From positions 2,112,001 through 2,176,000 of the forward strand of contig CP009479.1 in NCBI GenBank assembly GCA_000965745.1: a stretch of 64,000 nucleotides of DNA, written 5' to 3'. The notes below the pieces were generated by a model. It was given only the letters and a program-made list of their open reading frames with translations. It was not told the DNA's origin and searched no databases. The translations under genes and the position numbers were made by a program. The DNA is from an uncultured archaeon. GTDB taxonomy: Archaea > Thermoplasmatota > Thermoplasmata > Thermoplasmatales > Thermoplasmataceae. The first letter of the stretch is position 1. Each line of letters starts with the position of its first letter. Of the stretch, positions 49,529-59,563 are shown piece after piece.

Positions 49529-50200
49529 ATGAACGTGCCTCTGGCTGAATACGTTGTAAATCTAGTGATACAGGTAATGCACATGGCAGGTTACCCCGGA
49601 ATATTTTTCCTCATGCTGCTTGAGGGGATGCTCTTGCCAGTGCCGTCAGAGGTAGTCATGGCATTCGGCGGATTCCTTGCGTTTTCAGATGGCCTTCCAC
49701 CGGTTCTGGGAATTCCAGCTTACATCATTGTGCTCATCGCAGGAAGCCTCGGCAATCTCGTGGGAGCATACATCGCATACATGATTGGAGACTACGGCGG
49801 CATTCCGCTTATCAAGAAGTATGGAAAGTATGTTTTATTGAAGGAAGACACAGTAGACACTGTCCAGAAATGGTTTGAAAAATATGGTCCCATGTCAGTG
49901 TTCCTCACAAGGCTTGTCCCGGTATTCAGGACCTTTATATCAATACCTGCAGGGATAGCAAGAATGAACAGAAAGCTGTTTCTTGCATACACATTCATTG
50001 GTGCAGTCATCTGGGATTCATTCCTGGTTTATCTTGGGTGGAAGTTTGGTCAGAATTGGCAGGTGATAGTGGCTTCGTTTACAAAGTATACTGACGTGGC
50101 TCTTGCAGCACTTGGTCTGCTCTTCATATACTGGATTTACAGGGCCCTTTCGAGAAGAAAGGCCATTAAAGAAAAAAAAAATAGTCAGGCTGAAAAATAA
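49529..50200 (+). CDS. DedA family membrane protein
   Basis: LEGMLLPVPSEVVM, RLVPVFRTFISIPAG. Confidence 0.93.
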   Translation: MNVPLAEYVVNLVIQVMHMAGYPGIFFLMLLEGMLLPVPSEVVMAFGGFLAFSDGLPPVLGIPAYIIVLIAGSLGNLVGAYIAYMIGDYGGIPLIKKYGKYVLLKEDTVDTVQKWFEKYGPMSVFLTRLVPVFRTFISIPAGIARMNRKLFLAYTFIGAVIWDSFLVYLGWKFGQNWQVIVASFTKYTDVALAALGLLFIYWIYRALSRRKAIKEKKNSQAEK

Positions 50201-50310
50201 ACGATATTTCCATATTAATATATTACGAAGAGAAGATATAGTAACGATGTTTCAGCTTATTTGCGTTGGGAAAGTTATTAATCCATTCTTATAATTCCTT
50301 TTTTGAGATT

Positions 50311-52050
50311 ATGAGTGAGCAATCTATCAGTGATTTTACCAGGATAGAAACTGACGTACTTATTATTGGAGCTGGTGGAGCTGGCCTTAGGGCTGCGATA
50401 GAGGCTTCTGACAATGGTGCAAAGGTTGTTGTTCTTTCCAAATCACTACTTGGGAAAGCACATACTGTTATGGCAGAGGGCGGAGTGGCCGCATCTCTCG
50501 GAAACGTTGACTCAAAGGATAACTGGGGAATACATTTTGCAGATACCGTAGTTGAAGGTGTCCATCTTGGAGACTGGAGGCTTGCTGAAATCAATGCCAA
50601 GGAAGCTCCTGACCGTATCTACGAGCTTGAGAAGTACGGTGCAATGTTTGACCGGACACCTGATGGCAGGATTCTCCAGAGGGCGTTTGGTGCGCATACA
50701 TACAGAAGGCTGTGCCACGTGGGAGACAAGACCGGCCTGGAAATGATAAGAACACTTGAAGACCAGGTCCTGCACAGAGATATCAAGGTACACGACGAAA
50801 CTGTTGTAACCAAGATTTTCAAGAAAGATGGCAGGGCGGTAGGTGCGCTGGCTTTCGAGATGAGAACTGGAAAATTCATGGCGATCAAGAGCAAGGCGGT
50901 TATTCTGGCCACTGGAGGAGGGGGCAGACTATTCAAGGTTACCTCGAACTCCTGGGAGTCTACAGGAGACGGTTTTGCCCTGGCTTTCGATGCTGGTGCA
51001 ACACTAATGGACATGGAAATGGTCCAATTCCACCCGACCGGGATGGTCTACCCGCCAGGTGTGAGGGGCATGCTGGTAACAGAGGGAGTCAGGGGTGAGG
51101 GGGGAATTCTTCTAAACTCCAAGGGAGAAAGATTCATGAAAACCTACTCCCCCAACAAGATGGAACTTGATGCCAGAGATGTTGTAGCAAGATCAATTTA
51201 TAATGAGATACAGGAAGGAAGGGGGACTGAGCACGGCGGAGTGTACCTGCAGATTCACCACAAAGGCGCCAAGTTCATTCTTGACAAGCTGCCCGGTATG
51301 CACTCGCAGTTCCTGGAATTCGCTGGTGTTGACATTACGAAGGAGAACATGGAGGTTGCTCCCACAACCCATTACTACATGGGTGGAATAAAGATAGATC
51401 CGGAAGACAACCAGACAACGCTTCCCGGGCTGTTTGCCTGTGGCGAGGCGGCAACTGGGCTTCACGGTGCAAACAGGCTTGGCGGGAACTCGCTTATCGA
51501 CCTCCTCGTATTCGGAAGGAGGACGGGGCAGTCCGCGGCCAAATACACCAAAGATGCGCAACCGGCAGACGTGAGCGAGAATGACATAATTGAGGAAATA
51601 TCCAGAGTGACGGGTTTCCTGAACAAGCCGAGTGCAGTAAATCCATATGAATTGATCAATGAGCTGAGAGACACAATGTCCAAGTATGCAGGCATCAGGA
51701 GGACAGAAGAGAACCTGACGACTGCTCTTGACATACTGCTCAAGATAAAAGGGCGGTACAGTGAAATAGGTGTTGCCGGAAATGTCAGGTTCAATCCGGG
51801 GCTGATAGCCTGTTTTGAGCTTCACAGCCTTCTCACAACGGGTGAGCTCTTGCTGAGAGGTGCGATACAGAGGAAGGAAAGCAGGGGAGCCCATTTCAGA
51901 AGCGATTATCCAAAGATGAGTGAGGAGTTTAAGAGGAATATTACCTGGCACATGGAAGGCAATGAGGTCAAGAGCTCTTTCTCGACCATGCCTGAGCTTC
52001 CGCCTGAAATGGTGAAAATAGTTGGTCAAGTGGAGGGGCATACTCAATGA
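50311..52050 (+). CDS. sdhA: Succinate dehydrogenase/fumarate reductase flavoprotein subunit (Sdh1-like)
   Basis: GAGGAG, KAHTVMAEGG, QFHPTG, HGANRLGGNSL, ESRGAH. Confidence 0.95.
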   Translation: MSEQSISDFTRIETDVLIIGAGGAGLRAAIEASDNGAKVVVLSKSLLGKAHTVMAEGGVAASLGNVDSKDNWGIHFADTVVEGVHLGDWRLAEINAKEAPDRIYELEKYGAMFDRTPDGRILQRAFGAHTYRRLCHVGDKTGLEMIRTLEDQVLHRDIKVHDETVVTKIFKKDGRAVGALAFEMRTGKFMAIKSKAVILATGGGGRLFKVTSNSWESTGDGFALAFDAGATLMDMEMVQFHPTGMVYPPGVRGMLVTEGVRGEGGILLNSKGERFMKTYSPNKMELDARDVVARSIYNEIQEGRGTEHGGVYLQIHHKGAKFILDKLPGMHSQFLEFAGVDITKENMEVAPTTHYYMGGIKIDPEDNQTTLPGLFACGEAATGLHGANRLGGNSLIDLLVFGRRTGQSAAKYTKDAQPADVSENDIIEEISRVTGFLNKPSAVNPYELINELRDTMSKYAGIRRTEENLTTALDILLKIKGRYSEIGVAGNVRFNPGLIACFELHSLLTTGELLLRGAIQRKESRGAHFRSDYPKMSEEFKRNITWHMEGNEVKSSFSTMPELPPEMVKIVGQVEGHTQ

Positions 52051-52787
52051 AAGAAGTGACGTTTATAGTCTATAGAAAAGACCCATCGGTCAGTGAAGAG
52101 GAGAAATTTGAAGAATACAAGGTTCCGGTGGAAGAAGGGATGGTCGTCCTCGATGGAATACATTACATTGAGAACAACATAGATCCAACTCTTGCGGTAA
52201 GGTGGAACTGCAAGGCTGCAAGATGCGGCTCCTGTTCTGCTGAGGTGAATGGTTTCCCAAGGCTGATGTGCAAGACAAGGGTTGAGGATATGGGAGACAG
52301 GATCAAGGTATCCCCCATGAAGGCTTACCCCGTTGTGAAAGACCTTGTCACCGACGTATCACAGAATTATGACATAGAGAGAAGGATTCCCGAGTTCAAG
52401 CCCAAGGAAGGGCTGCAGGAACCATGGAGAGTTGACGAGATGGATGTGAAGAGATCCATGGAGTTCAGGAGATGCATTGAGTGCTTCCTTTGCCAGAACA
52501 TCTGCCATGTGATCAGGGAGCATGAATCGAATTATGTCGGTCCAAGGCACATGGTTAAGATAGCATCCCTCGATATGCATCCACTTGATGACGTCGACAG
52601 GTCTGAATTCCTCCATGATGAGGGGGGAGCTGGATACTGCAACATAACCAAATGCTGCCAGGAAGTCTGCCCGGAACACATTCACATCACCGACAACGCC
52701 ATAATACCGATGAAGGAGAGAATAGTTGGCAGTTACTATGATCCGATAGAGAGGGCAATTAAGAAAATCAGGAGGAAAAAGAGGTAG
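52047..52787 (+). CDS. sdhB: Succinate dehydrogenase iron-sulfur subunit
   Basis: WNCKAARCGSC, CIECFLCQNIC, CNITKCCQEVCP. Confidence 0.95.
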   Translation: MKEVTFIVYRKDPSVSEEEKFEEYKVPVEEGMVVLDGIHYIENNIDPTLAVRWNCKAARCGSCSAEVNGFPRLMCKTRVEDMGDRIKVSPMKAYPVVKDLVTDVSQNYDIERRIPEFKPKEGLQEPWRVDEMDVKRSMEFRRCIECFLCQNICHVIREHESNYVGPRHMVKIASLDMHPLDDVDRSEFLHDEGGAGYCNITKCCQEVCPEHIHITDNAIIPMKERIVGSYYDPIERAIKKIRRKKR

Positions 52788-52793
52788 GTAAAA

Positions 52794-53510
52794 ATGGTAG
52801 AGAAAACTAGCGGTTTTTTCAAGGTTATTCCAAGAGAGCTGTGGGAACCAAACTGGAGAGTGTGGTCATTCGTGCTTCTTCTTGTGGTTTCCGTGGGAAC
52901 GTTCATAGAATTCCCAGTCGCACCATTCAATGGGTACGTTGATCCCTTCTATTCTCCAACAGTGCTCGTGCTTCCATTCGTAGGGCTCTTCAGGCTGACA
53001 TGCTACGCTTACAGGAAAGACTATTACAGGCACGTGTTCAACCACCCGAGAAGTTGCATGACCCCTGCCAGAGCCGAGTCAAAGCACAAAGGATACAGCG
53101 GTGAGACCAACCTCTTTGGAATAAGCAACCTCCACAGATACTTCCTTTACATAGGAATCGCAATCCTTCCATTCTTCTACTACGACTTTGTGACATCAAT
53201 GTTCATAGGCGGGGCGTTCATGATCAGGCTTGGAAGCATTATCTTGCTTGTCAACGCAATACTTGTCTCACTCTGGACGTTCTCATGCCATGCATTCAGG
53301 CACCTGACCGGAGGAAACGTGGACTGCTACAGTTGCACTGCTGCCCCCAAGTTCAGGAAGGGATGGTTCAACAGGCAGTCACTCATGAATGAGCACCACG
53401 AGGCTTTTGCTTTCATCAGCCTTGCGTTTATTGTGGGAGTTGACCTTTACATGAGAGCACTGTCGGCAGGTTGGCCAATAGACTTCACATTCCTGAGCTT
53501 CCACCTCTAG
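52794..53510 (+). CDS. Succinate dehydrogenase membrane anchor, Rv0249c-like (type F)
   Basis: PFYSP, FRLTCYAYRKDYYR, NLHRYF, TFSCHAFRHL.GG..DC.SC, NEHH. Confidence 0.8.
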   Translation: MVEKTSGFFKVIPRELWEPNWRVWSFVLLLVVSVGTFIEFPVAPFNGYVDPFYSPTVLVLPFVGLFRLTCYAYRKDYYRHVFNHPRSCMTPARAESKHKGYSGETNLFGISNLHRYFLYIGIAILPFFYYDFVTSMFIGGAFMIRLGSIILLVNAILVSLWTFSCHAFRHLTGGNVDCYSCTAAPKFRKGWFNRQSLMNEHHEAFAFISLAFIVGVDLYMRALSAGWPIDFTFLSFHL

Positions 53511-53720
53511 GTGATCAAAATGGAAGAAGAATATGAAAAGAAAAAATATCTCGGAACGGGTATAAGATACCCCCTGTTCTTCATCGGTGTCATGTTAATG
53601 GCCATAGGAGGAAACGCGTACAAATTCACGTCCTTCTCCCTGACCGGAATAGAAGCAATAGTCGGCATCGGGTTCGCAATTTTTGTGGCATCGATGCTTC
53701 CCGGCATGAAGAAGAAATAA
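53511..53720 (+). CDS. Small 2-TM protein, last gene of the sdh operon
   Basis: Starts right at the anchor stop; two hydrophobic helices; followed by T-tracts. Confidence 0.7.
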   Translation: MIKMEEEYEKKKYLGTGIRYPLFFIGVMLMAIGGNAYKFTSFSLTGIEAIVGIGFAIFVASMLPGMKKK

Positions 53721-53727
53721 TAACACA

Positions 53728-53762
53728 CTTTTTCCCTTAAACCCCCTTTTTGCTGCTTTTTG
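53728..53762 (+). terminator. Oligo-T archaeal terminator of the sdh operon
   Basis: Three T-tracts directly after the last stop codon. Confidence 0.5.
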
Positions 53763-53801
53763 ATTGACTGGCAAACCTTAAATATTATTTATTAATTATA
53801 G

Positions 53802-53824
53802 GTTGACAACTAATGGTTGTCAAC
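53802..53824. promoter_or_regulatory. Perfect palindromic operator upstream of hsp20
   Basis: GTTGACAAC-TAATG-GTTGTCAAC, between TTAAATA box (~53778) and SD GAGGTG. Confidence 0.8.
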
Positions 53825-53838
53825 AGAGGTGTAGATAT

Positions 53839-54378
53839 ATGGCAAGAAAAGACTTTGATGATTGGGATGAAGATTTCTTTGGAGACATGTTCAGTGAGTT
53901 CGGCTTTGACTTCAAAAAGATGAACGAGCGCATGAGGAAGATATGGGACAGGATGCTTCACGACCCTGATTTTGCCACACAGGAACCTTACGTTTACGGG
54001 TTCACATACAAGGTCGGGCCGGAAGGCAAGCCCTATTTCCAGGAGTTCGGGAACATGCCGGGAATGAGGAGAGAAAGGGCAAACATCCAGCAGAAAGACG
54101 TTAGAGAGCCAATAACAGACATTACAGAAGACAAGGACAAGTCGTACTTCACGTTCGAGCTTCCAGGAATATCAAAAGAGAACATAGACCTGAAAGTATC
54201 TTCCAGAAACGTAACCATCAGTGTAAAAGAGGGCACAAGGAAATACTACAAGAGCATCGATCTCGACTATGAGGTTAAGCCCGAATCTGCCAAGGCCAGG
54301 TTCGTGAACGGCATACTTGATGTTTCGCTGGAAAAAACAACGAAAGAAGGCTCCGGAAAAACCATAGACATCGAGTGA
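53839..54378 (+). CDS. hsp20: Small heat shock protein Hsp20
   Basis: PYVYGFTYKVGPEGKP..EFGN, REPITD, ELPGISKE, FVNGILDV; start ATG 53839. Confidence 0.95.
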   Translation: MARKDFDDWDEDFFGDMFSEFGFDFKKMNERMRKIWDRMLHDPDFATQEPYVYGFTYKVGPEGKPYFQEFGNMPGMRRERANIQQKDVREPITDITEDKDKSYFTFELPGISKENIDLKVSSRNVTISVKEGTRKYYKSIDLDYEVKPESAKARFVNGILDVSLEKTTKEGSGKTIDIE

Positions 54379-54393
54379 CGTGAAGAGCGGAAA

Positions 54394-54996
54394 ATGGTTA
54401 AAGACGACCTTGATCTGTTCCTTACAGCCCTTGAAAACAGTACAAGAAGGGAGATACTCAAGAGGCTCACCCTTGAGGAATCCTACGCCCTTGAAATAAG
54501 CAAGTGGATCGGTGTATCACAGCAGGCAATAAACAAACAACTTGATCTGCTTGAAAAGTCGAGGCTGATAAGTTCGGCCGGGTTGATGCCAAGCAACAGC
54601 GGCGCGCCAAGAAAGATCTACCGGCCAACCAATTTTTCCTCAATAATCATAGATTATTCTAGGAGTTTCTTCGAAGTAAAAAAATACGAACTCGACTTCG
54701 ATCTTGAAGAGAACCGGGAAAATGAATCAAGCACTGTGAAGGAGCTCATTGGGGAGCTTAAGGATGTCAACGAGAAACTCGATGATATCATGAAAAAAAG
54801 AACAGAGCTGCTTTCCAGGAAAGACTCAATAATCATGAACATCAACAGCAGGATTGCGAGGGAGGCGAGCGACAACCTCCTGAGGGCGATTATTTCGACA
54901 TTTCTTGAGACACTGGATGAGGAAGAAACGGCCGATAGGCTTTCCATGCCTCCCGAAGTTGTAAAAATCGTCGTCTCGGACTTCCTGAAGCTATAA
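54394..54996 (+). CDS. ArsR-like winged-helix regulator with coiled coil (Phr/HSR1-like heat-shock repressor)
   Basis: LENSTRREILKRL, GVSQQAINKQLDLLE, GAPRKIY; co-oriented behind hsp20. Confidence 0.8.
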   Translation: MVKDDLDLFLTALENSTRREILKRLTLEESYALEISKWIGVSQQAINKQLDLLEKSRLISSAGLMPSNSGAPRKIYRPTNFSSIIIDYSRSFFEVKKYELDFDLEENRENESSTVKELIGELKDVNEKLDDIMKKRTELLSRKDSIIMNINSRIAREASDNLLRAIISTFLETLDEEETADRLSMPPEVVKIVVSDFLKL

Positions 54997-55752
54997 TCTC
55001 TCCGCAAACTCATTCAGAAAAGTTTCCTCGGAGTCGTTCAGGGTCGAAGGTAACACCAGGGCGGCAGGATTTCCTTCCACACCACTTTTTTTAATTGACC
55101 CCATCGTGCCGAAAACCAGTCTCTGGCCCGGCTGAGAAACTGCTATTGCCACGCAAATATCCCTTTCAGGCTCAAGTATTCTGCCCTTTCTTCTCCTTTC
55201 GAGTTCCTCCAGGATTCTTACAGCCTCCTGCACAGGCATTGTCTTTCCGTCTTTCAGGTCAAGAAGAAGGAGTGTGTGTAGATCCATTGAGATATTCTTC
55301 TCTATCTTGTCATAGACACTTGTTGGAAAGAAGCTCCTGCTTACGAATGGTATCGAGACAGGGGGGCCAAAACGATAGTGCATCAATCCAAAAACGCCCG
55401 GAATTACGCTTATTATTGAAGAGTTTTCAAAAATTCGGACTTCGACGCCAGCCTTCATGGCGTCCAGGCGCAACTGGTTATGGGTGGTGGCGCTTAGAGG
55501 GTCTCCAGTAACTAGAAGGCAAACCTTTGTGTCCCTTGATTCGTCTATTATATCCTTTTCAGATTCAATGAAATCCCTGCCGGCTTCCAGGAGTTTCCTG
55601 CCCAGGGCGTTTCTGAGGTCAGCCATGGTTGAGCCCGGGGAGATGGAGGTGTAGGTTTCAAAATAGACTGAGTCGCAGGATTTCATCACTTCAAATGATT
55701 CAAGGGTAATGCTTTTCGTGCCCCTCAGGCCCAGGCCAATTATGTTTAGCAT
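54991..55752 (-). CDS. dph5: Diphthine synthase
   Basis: IGLGL, ETYTS, GDPLSATTH, YRFG, LHTLLLLD. Confidence 0.93.
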   Translation of the reverse strand: MLNIIGLGLRGTKSITLESFEVMKSCDSVYFETYTSISPGSTMADLRNALGRKLLEAGRDFIESEKDIIDESRDTKVCLLVTGDPLSATTHNQLRLDAMKAGVEVRIFENSSIISVIPGVFGLMHYRFGPPVSIPFVSRSFFPTSVYDKIEKNISMDLHTLLLLDLKDGKTMPVQEAVRILEELERRRKGRILEPERDICVAIAVSQPGQRLVFGTMGSIKKSGVEGNPAALVLPSTLNDSEETFLNEFAERL

Positions 55753-55754
55753 GC

Positions 55755-56969
55755 TCAGCGCGATATTTCCTCTTCTATCCTTACAAGCTCATTGAGCTTG
55801 GAAAGCCTCTCGCCACCGATGATTCCTGACTTTATGTATTTTGAGGAAAATGCCACAGCAAGGTGTGCAATGAAATCGTCTGTTGTCTCGCCGCTTCTGT
55901 GTGACACGACATTCTCCATGCCTGCGCGGGTAGCGAGGTCTACTGCCTCATACGTGGAGGTGAGTGTTCCGATCTGGTTGACTTTTATAAGTATGGCATT
56001 GGTTGATTTTTCCTCTATGCCGCGCTCAATTCTCTTGGTGTTTGTAGTGTATAGGTCATCGCCGACTATGAGGCACCTGTTCCCTACCGCCTTGGTTATC
56101 TCTGCGAACCCCTCGAAGGCATCTTCGTAAAGTGGGTCCTCCACAAGGGCAAACCCGTAATCGTTGACAAGTGATTTTACATAGTCTATCTGCTCGTCCT
56201 CCGATTTCTTTGAATTCCTGTATACGTACTTTCCCTTCTCATAAAAAGAGGTCGCTGCCAGGTCCATTCCAAGATCGATTTTGACCCCGGTTTCTCCAGA
56301 TACCTGTTCTGTCGCGTCCTTCAGTATATCTATGGCTTCTTCATCGGATATGCTCGCAGTCCAGGCACGCTCATCCCCAACGCCTATGCTGACGTTTGGA
56401 AACTTGGCGGACAGAACTTCACCTATCTTCCTGTGCACCAGTGAGTTCACGTGTATCGATTTCAAAAAGGTGTCGCCATGTGCGGCTACGTGGAATTCCT
56501 GAATAGTTGTTCCATTTGTCGAGTGCTTGCCTCCGCCGATCACGTTTCCGAGGGGCCATGGAATTCTATTGACAAAACTTCCTCCTACAACTGAATACAA
56601 CGGAATTCCCAGCTTGCATGCAGAGGCCTTAGCGTTAGCTATTGAGAGGGCAGTTGCCATATTTCCTCCCAGGAGGCCGAAGTTGTATGTGCCGTCAAGC
56701 TCAGTGAGAACACGGTCAAATCCCCTCTGATCCAGAGAATTTCTTCCGATTATTGATGATTTTACGCTTGAATTAAAGAACTCAATTGAGGAATCGATTC
56801 CCTTGTTTGAGAACGCAATCACCTCGGTCGCTCCAGTGCTGGCTCCTGATGGTGCAGAGCAGCGACCGAAGGCTCCATCCAGGTAGATATCTGCTTCTAT
56901 CGTATACCTGCCCCTTGAATCCAGAACTTTCCTGACGTTTACGTCCCTGATTTCGAACCCTTTAACCAT
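55755..56969 (-). CDS. eno: Enolase
   Basis: [31 protein letters not shown]. Confidence 0.97.
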   Translation of the reverse strand: MVKGFEIRDVNVRKVLDSRGRYTIEADIYLDGAFGRCSAPSGASTGATEVIAFSNKGIDSSIEFFNSSVKSSIIGRNSLDQRGFDRVLTELDGTYNFGLLGGNMATALSIANAKASACKLGIPLYSVVGGSFVNRIPWPLGNVIGGGKHSTNGTTIQEFHVAAHGDTFLKSIHVNSLVHRKIGEVLSAKFPNVSIGVGDERAWTASISDEEAIDILKDATEQVSGETGVKIDLGMDLAATSFYEKGKYVYRNSKKSEDEQIDYVKSLVNDYGFALVEDPLYEDAFEGFAEITKAVGNRCLIVGDDLYTTNTKRIERGIEEKSTNAILIKVNQIGTLTSTYEAVDLATRAGMENVVSHRSGETTDDFIAHLAVAFSSKYIKSGIIGGERLSKLNELVRIEEEISR

Positions 56970-57011
56970 AACGATACCTAAACCAAACTATTGATAAAAA
57001 ACCTTCCCGGC

Positions 57012-57545
57012 TCATTCGTGTTTCTCAAGTGTACCGGAGTAGCTGACACAGAATGCGTTATACCTTTCCTTGTAAGCTGTCCAGAGTTGGACGTACCTGT
57101 CGGTCACTTCAGCCACAACCTTTGCCGGAATGCCAACGGCAATCTTCCTGTCCGGTATTACGTCCTTATTCTTGACGACCGCCCCTTCACCAACAGCGGA
57201 CCACTCGCCCAGCTCCGCAAAATCTGAAACTACAGACCCCATTCCAATAACTGCCCAGTCCTTGATTTTCGCCGTATGGACAACTGCGTTATGCCCCATT
57301 GTGACATGACTGCCTATTCTGGTCGTCTCCCCGGGCCTGGAATGAACCACGCAGTTGTCTTCGATGGCGGTAAAGTCTCCAACCTCTATCTTTCCATAAT
57401 CCCCGCGCAGCACCGCACCGGGGCCAACCCATGTCCTCTTCCCTACTGTAACGTCGCCGATGACTGTCGCGTTGGGAAAAATATAAGCTTCCCCGTCAAT
57501 CTTCGGTTTTCTCCCTTCATATCCATAGGAAGTCATTGGTTCCAA
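57012..57545 (-). CDS. Gamma-class carbonic anhydrase family protein (second paralog)
   Basis: LRGDYG, IEDNCVVH, GHNAVVH. Confidence 0.9.
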   Translation of the reverse strand: MEPMTSYGYEGRKPKIDGEAYIFPNATVIGDVTVGKRTWVGPGAVLRGDYGKIEVGDFTAIEDNCVVHSRPGETTRIGSHVTMGHNAVVHTAKIKDWAVIGMGSVVSDFAELGEWSAVGEGAVVKNKDVIPDRKIAVGIPAKVVAEVTDRYVQLWTAYKERYNAFCVSYSGTLEKHE

Positions 57546-57567
57546 TCCCGTTTACGTATTAAAAACA

Positions 57568-58479
57568 TCATTCGCCCGCGATTACCTTCCTTTTTTCCCT
57601 GAACAGCTTCTCTATGTCGCCGTAGCCAAACCTGAACTCACTCATTGGAGTTTCTATGGCCTTCGATGAAACGATGATGCCCATGATTATGGAATCGCTG
57701 ATGCTCATTCCCTTCCACAGCCCCATGTACAGGCCTGACCTGAAAGAGTCACCTGCGCCTATTGTGTCGTACACTTTCTCTGCCGGAAGGATTGAAAAGT
57801 GATTGGAATCCCCATCCCGGAAAGCTGAAACCCCGCTCTGGCCACCGGTTATTATTATCGTTTCAATCTCCGACGTCAGTTCCTCATGGGACTTTCCTGT
57901 CAGCTCCTTAAGTTTTTGGTATTCCGCTTCGTTCCCAACAAACATGTCTGCACGGTCTATGAATTTTTGAGCAGTTTCCCTGCTGTACCTGTAGTGTATT
58001 TCCTGTCCCGGGTCAAATGTAACCTTGCTGCCCCCGAGCAGATCGAAAACTTTTGCGTATTCCTCCGGAGGGCCTGTTGAAAAATGTGCCCACTTGTAAT
58101 CAGAATCAGCTGAAAAATTTACTGCGGGAGACCATGAATCCATGGGGCCCTGGAATACGTATGCCACCTGGTCATTGCCGTCGGAAGATATATAGCAGAC
58201 CGGACCGTAGCTGTCTTTCAGCTGGTCGACGTGTTTCAGGTCGATGCCAATGGACGAGAGGTATTCAAGGTATTCAGCGTGGGTCTTCGGAGATACTGCT
58301 GAGTAAAGGTCAAAATCAAGCCCAAGTTTTCTTGAGACTATTGCAAAATTCCCGGCCGTGCCACCAAAATTCTCGGATACGTCTGTCACGTTGACCGACC
58401 CGACGCGCGGGAGTACTGGTACCCTTATCGATACATCAATGTTTATGTGACCAAAAAAAGCAAGGAAAGATGATGTCAT
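57568..58479 (-). CDS. PfkB/ribokinase family kinase (nucleoside kinase-like)
   Basis: GGTAGN, DPGQ, NEAE, DTIGAGDSF. Confidence 0.92.
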   Translation of the reverse strand: MTSSFLAFFGHINIDVSIRVPVLPRVGSVNVTDVSENFGGTAGNFAIVSRKLGLDFDLYSAVSPKTHAEYLEYLSSIGIDLKHVDQLKDSYGPVCYISSDGNDQVAYVFQGPMDSWSPAVNFSADSDYKWAHFSTGPPEEYAKVFDLLGGSKVTFDPGQEIHYRYSRETAQKFIDRADMFVGNEAEYQKLKELTGKSHEELTSEIETIIITGGQSGVSAFRDGDSNHFSILPAEKVYDTIGAGDSFRSGLYMGLWKGMSISDSIIMGIIVSSKAIETPMSEFRFGYGDIEKLFREKRKVIAGE

Positions 58480-58495
58480 CTCTCCCTTGATCCAA

Positions 58496-59152
58496 CTATC
58501 GTATTTGGTTATTGAGGTCTCTCAGGACGTTTCTGATTGTTACTTCGGAAACTCCTGCGAATTTTGAGATCTCGCCCTGAGTTCTCAGTTCACCCCTCTT
58601 CTGGCAGGAGATATACAAGCTTGCAGCTGCAATGGCGGAGGGCTTGAATGTTTTTGATCTCTTCTTCAGAGATTCTGAAAATTCAGAGCACGTGTCCTTT
58701 GCCATCTGGACGGTTCCCTCACTGATCATCAGCTTCTTCCCTATGGATGCTATCACAGCGTTGTGGTCAGGCATGCTCCTCTTGTATTTTGGCTCCAGGT
58801 CAAGGATCTTCTTGTATGTCCTCATTACAAGAACCGGGTCCAGCTGGTCGGGGAACCTTTTGCTCTTTGACTTCCCATAGAACGAGTTTGGAGCAACATA
58901 GGTGTTCAGTTCCCTGGCGGCCGCAATTATGCACGCTGCTACGGTATACCTGAAATCCTTGCCCCTCATAAGATCCTTCTTGGTAACATTCTGGTAAACC
59001 TCAAGGCTCTTGATCTGAAGCTCCTTGGGAAGATTCAGAAATCTGTTGAGCTCGTCATAGTACTGCAGGAAAATCCTGTCAGATACATTCCTTCTCATTA
59101 TTGAAATTTTGAACTGGTTAAACCTTTTGGCAAATGATATTGAACTGTCCAT
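58496..59152 (-). CDS. TFB/TFIIB paralog with cyclin-fold core only
   Basis: LMRGK..VAACIIAAAR and KPSAIAAASLYI..RTQGEISKFAGVSEVTIRN; no N-terminal zinc ribbon. Confidence 0.85.
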   Translation of the reverse strand: MDSSISFAKRFNQFKISIMRRNVSDRIFLQYYDELNRFLNLPKELQIKSLEVYQNVTKKDLMRGKDFRYTVAACIIAAARELNTYVAPNSFYGKSKSKRFPDQLDPVLVMRTYKKILDLEPKYKRSMPDHNAVIASIGKKLMISEGTVQMAKDTCSEFSESLKKRSKTFKPSAIAAASLYISCQKRGELRTQGEISKFAGVSEVTIRNVLRDLNNQIR

Positions 59153-59157
59153 TCACT

Positions 59158-59550
59158 TCACCCCTTCACGATGTCCTTGTAGAAATTCTCTACATTCACA
59201 ATTTCCGTTTTTTCACTCCGGCCCATTATGTCTTTTATCTCAGACGCCACCAGATTTTCTTTTCCATAGAGCATTGAATAAAATACCTGCCCCCCTTCGT
59301 GATGCATTACAATCTTCTCAGGAAATGAAAATTTTTCAAAGAATTTCGTGCATATTGCCCTGAACATTACATAGGATTCTTCCCCAACGTAAGACAGAGA
59401 TTCCACTATAATCCCTCTTCCTCTTCTGGTTATTTCGTTCACTTGGAGATTATCCTTTGTGAAATAGTAACCTACCTCGCGGATGCTTCCTTTATGTGCT
59501 TTTTCGCGCTTCGTCTGAAGGTACCGTACATTTCTCATGGATAGTTTCAT
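59158..59550 (-). CDS. Hypothetical protein upstream of the TFB paralog
   Basis: 130 aa ORF, 5 nt gap to the TFB-like gene with SD GGGGTGA, TATA box upstream. Confidence 0.65.
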   Translation of the reverse strand: MKLSMRNVRYLQTKREKAHKGSIREVGYYFTKDNLQVNEITRRGRGIIVESLSYVGEESYVMFRAICTKFFEKFSFPEKIVMHHEGGQVFYSMLYGKENLVASEIKDIMGRSEKTEIVNVENFYKDIVKG

Positions 59551-59563
59551 TTCGACCCACTTC

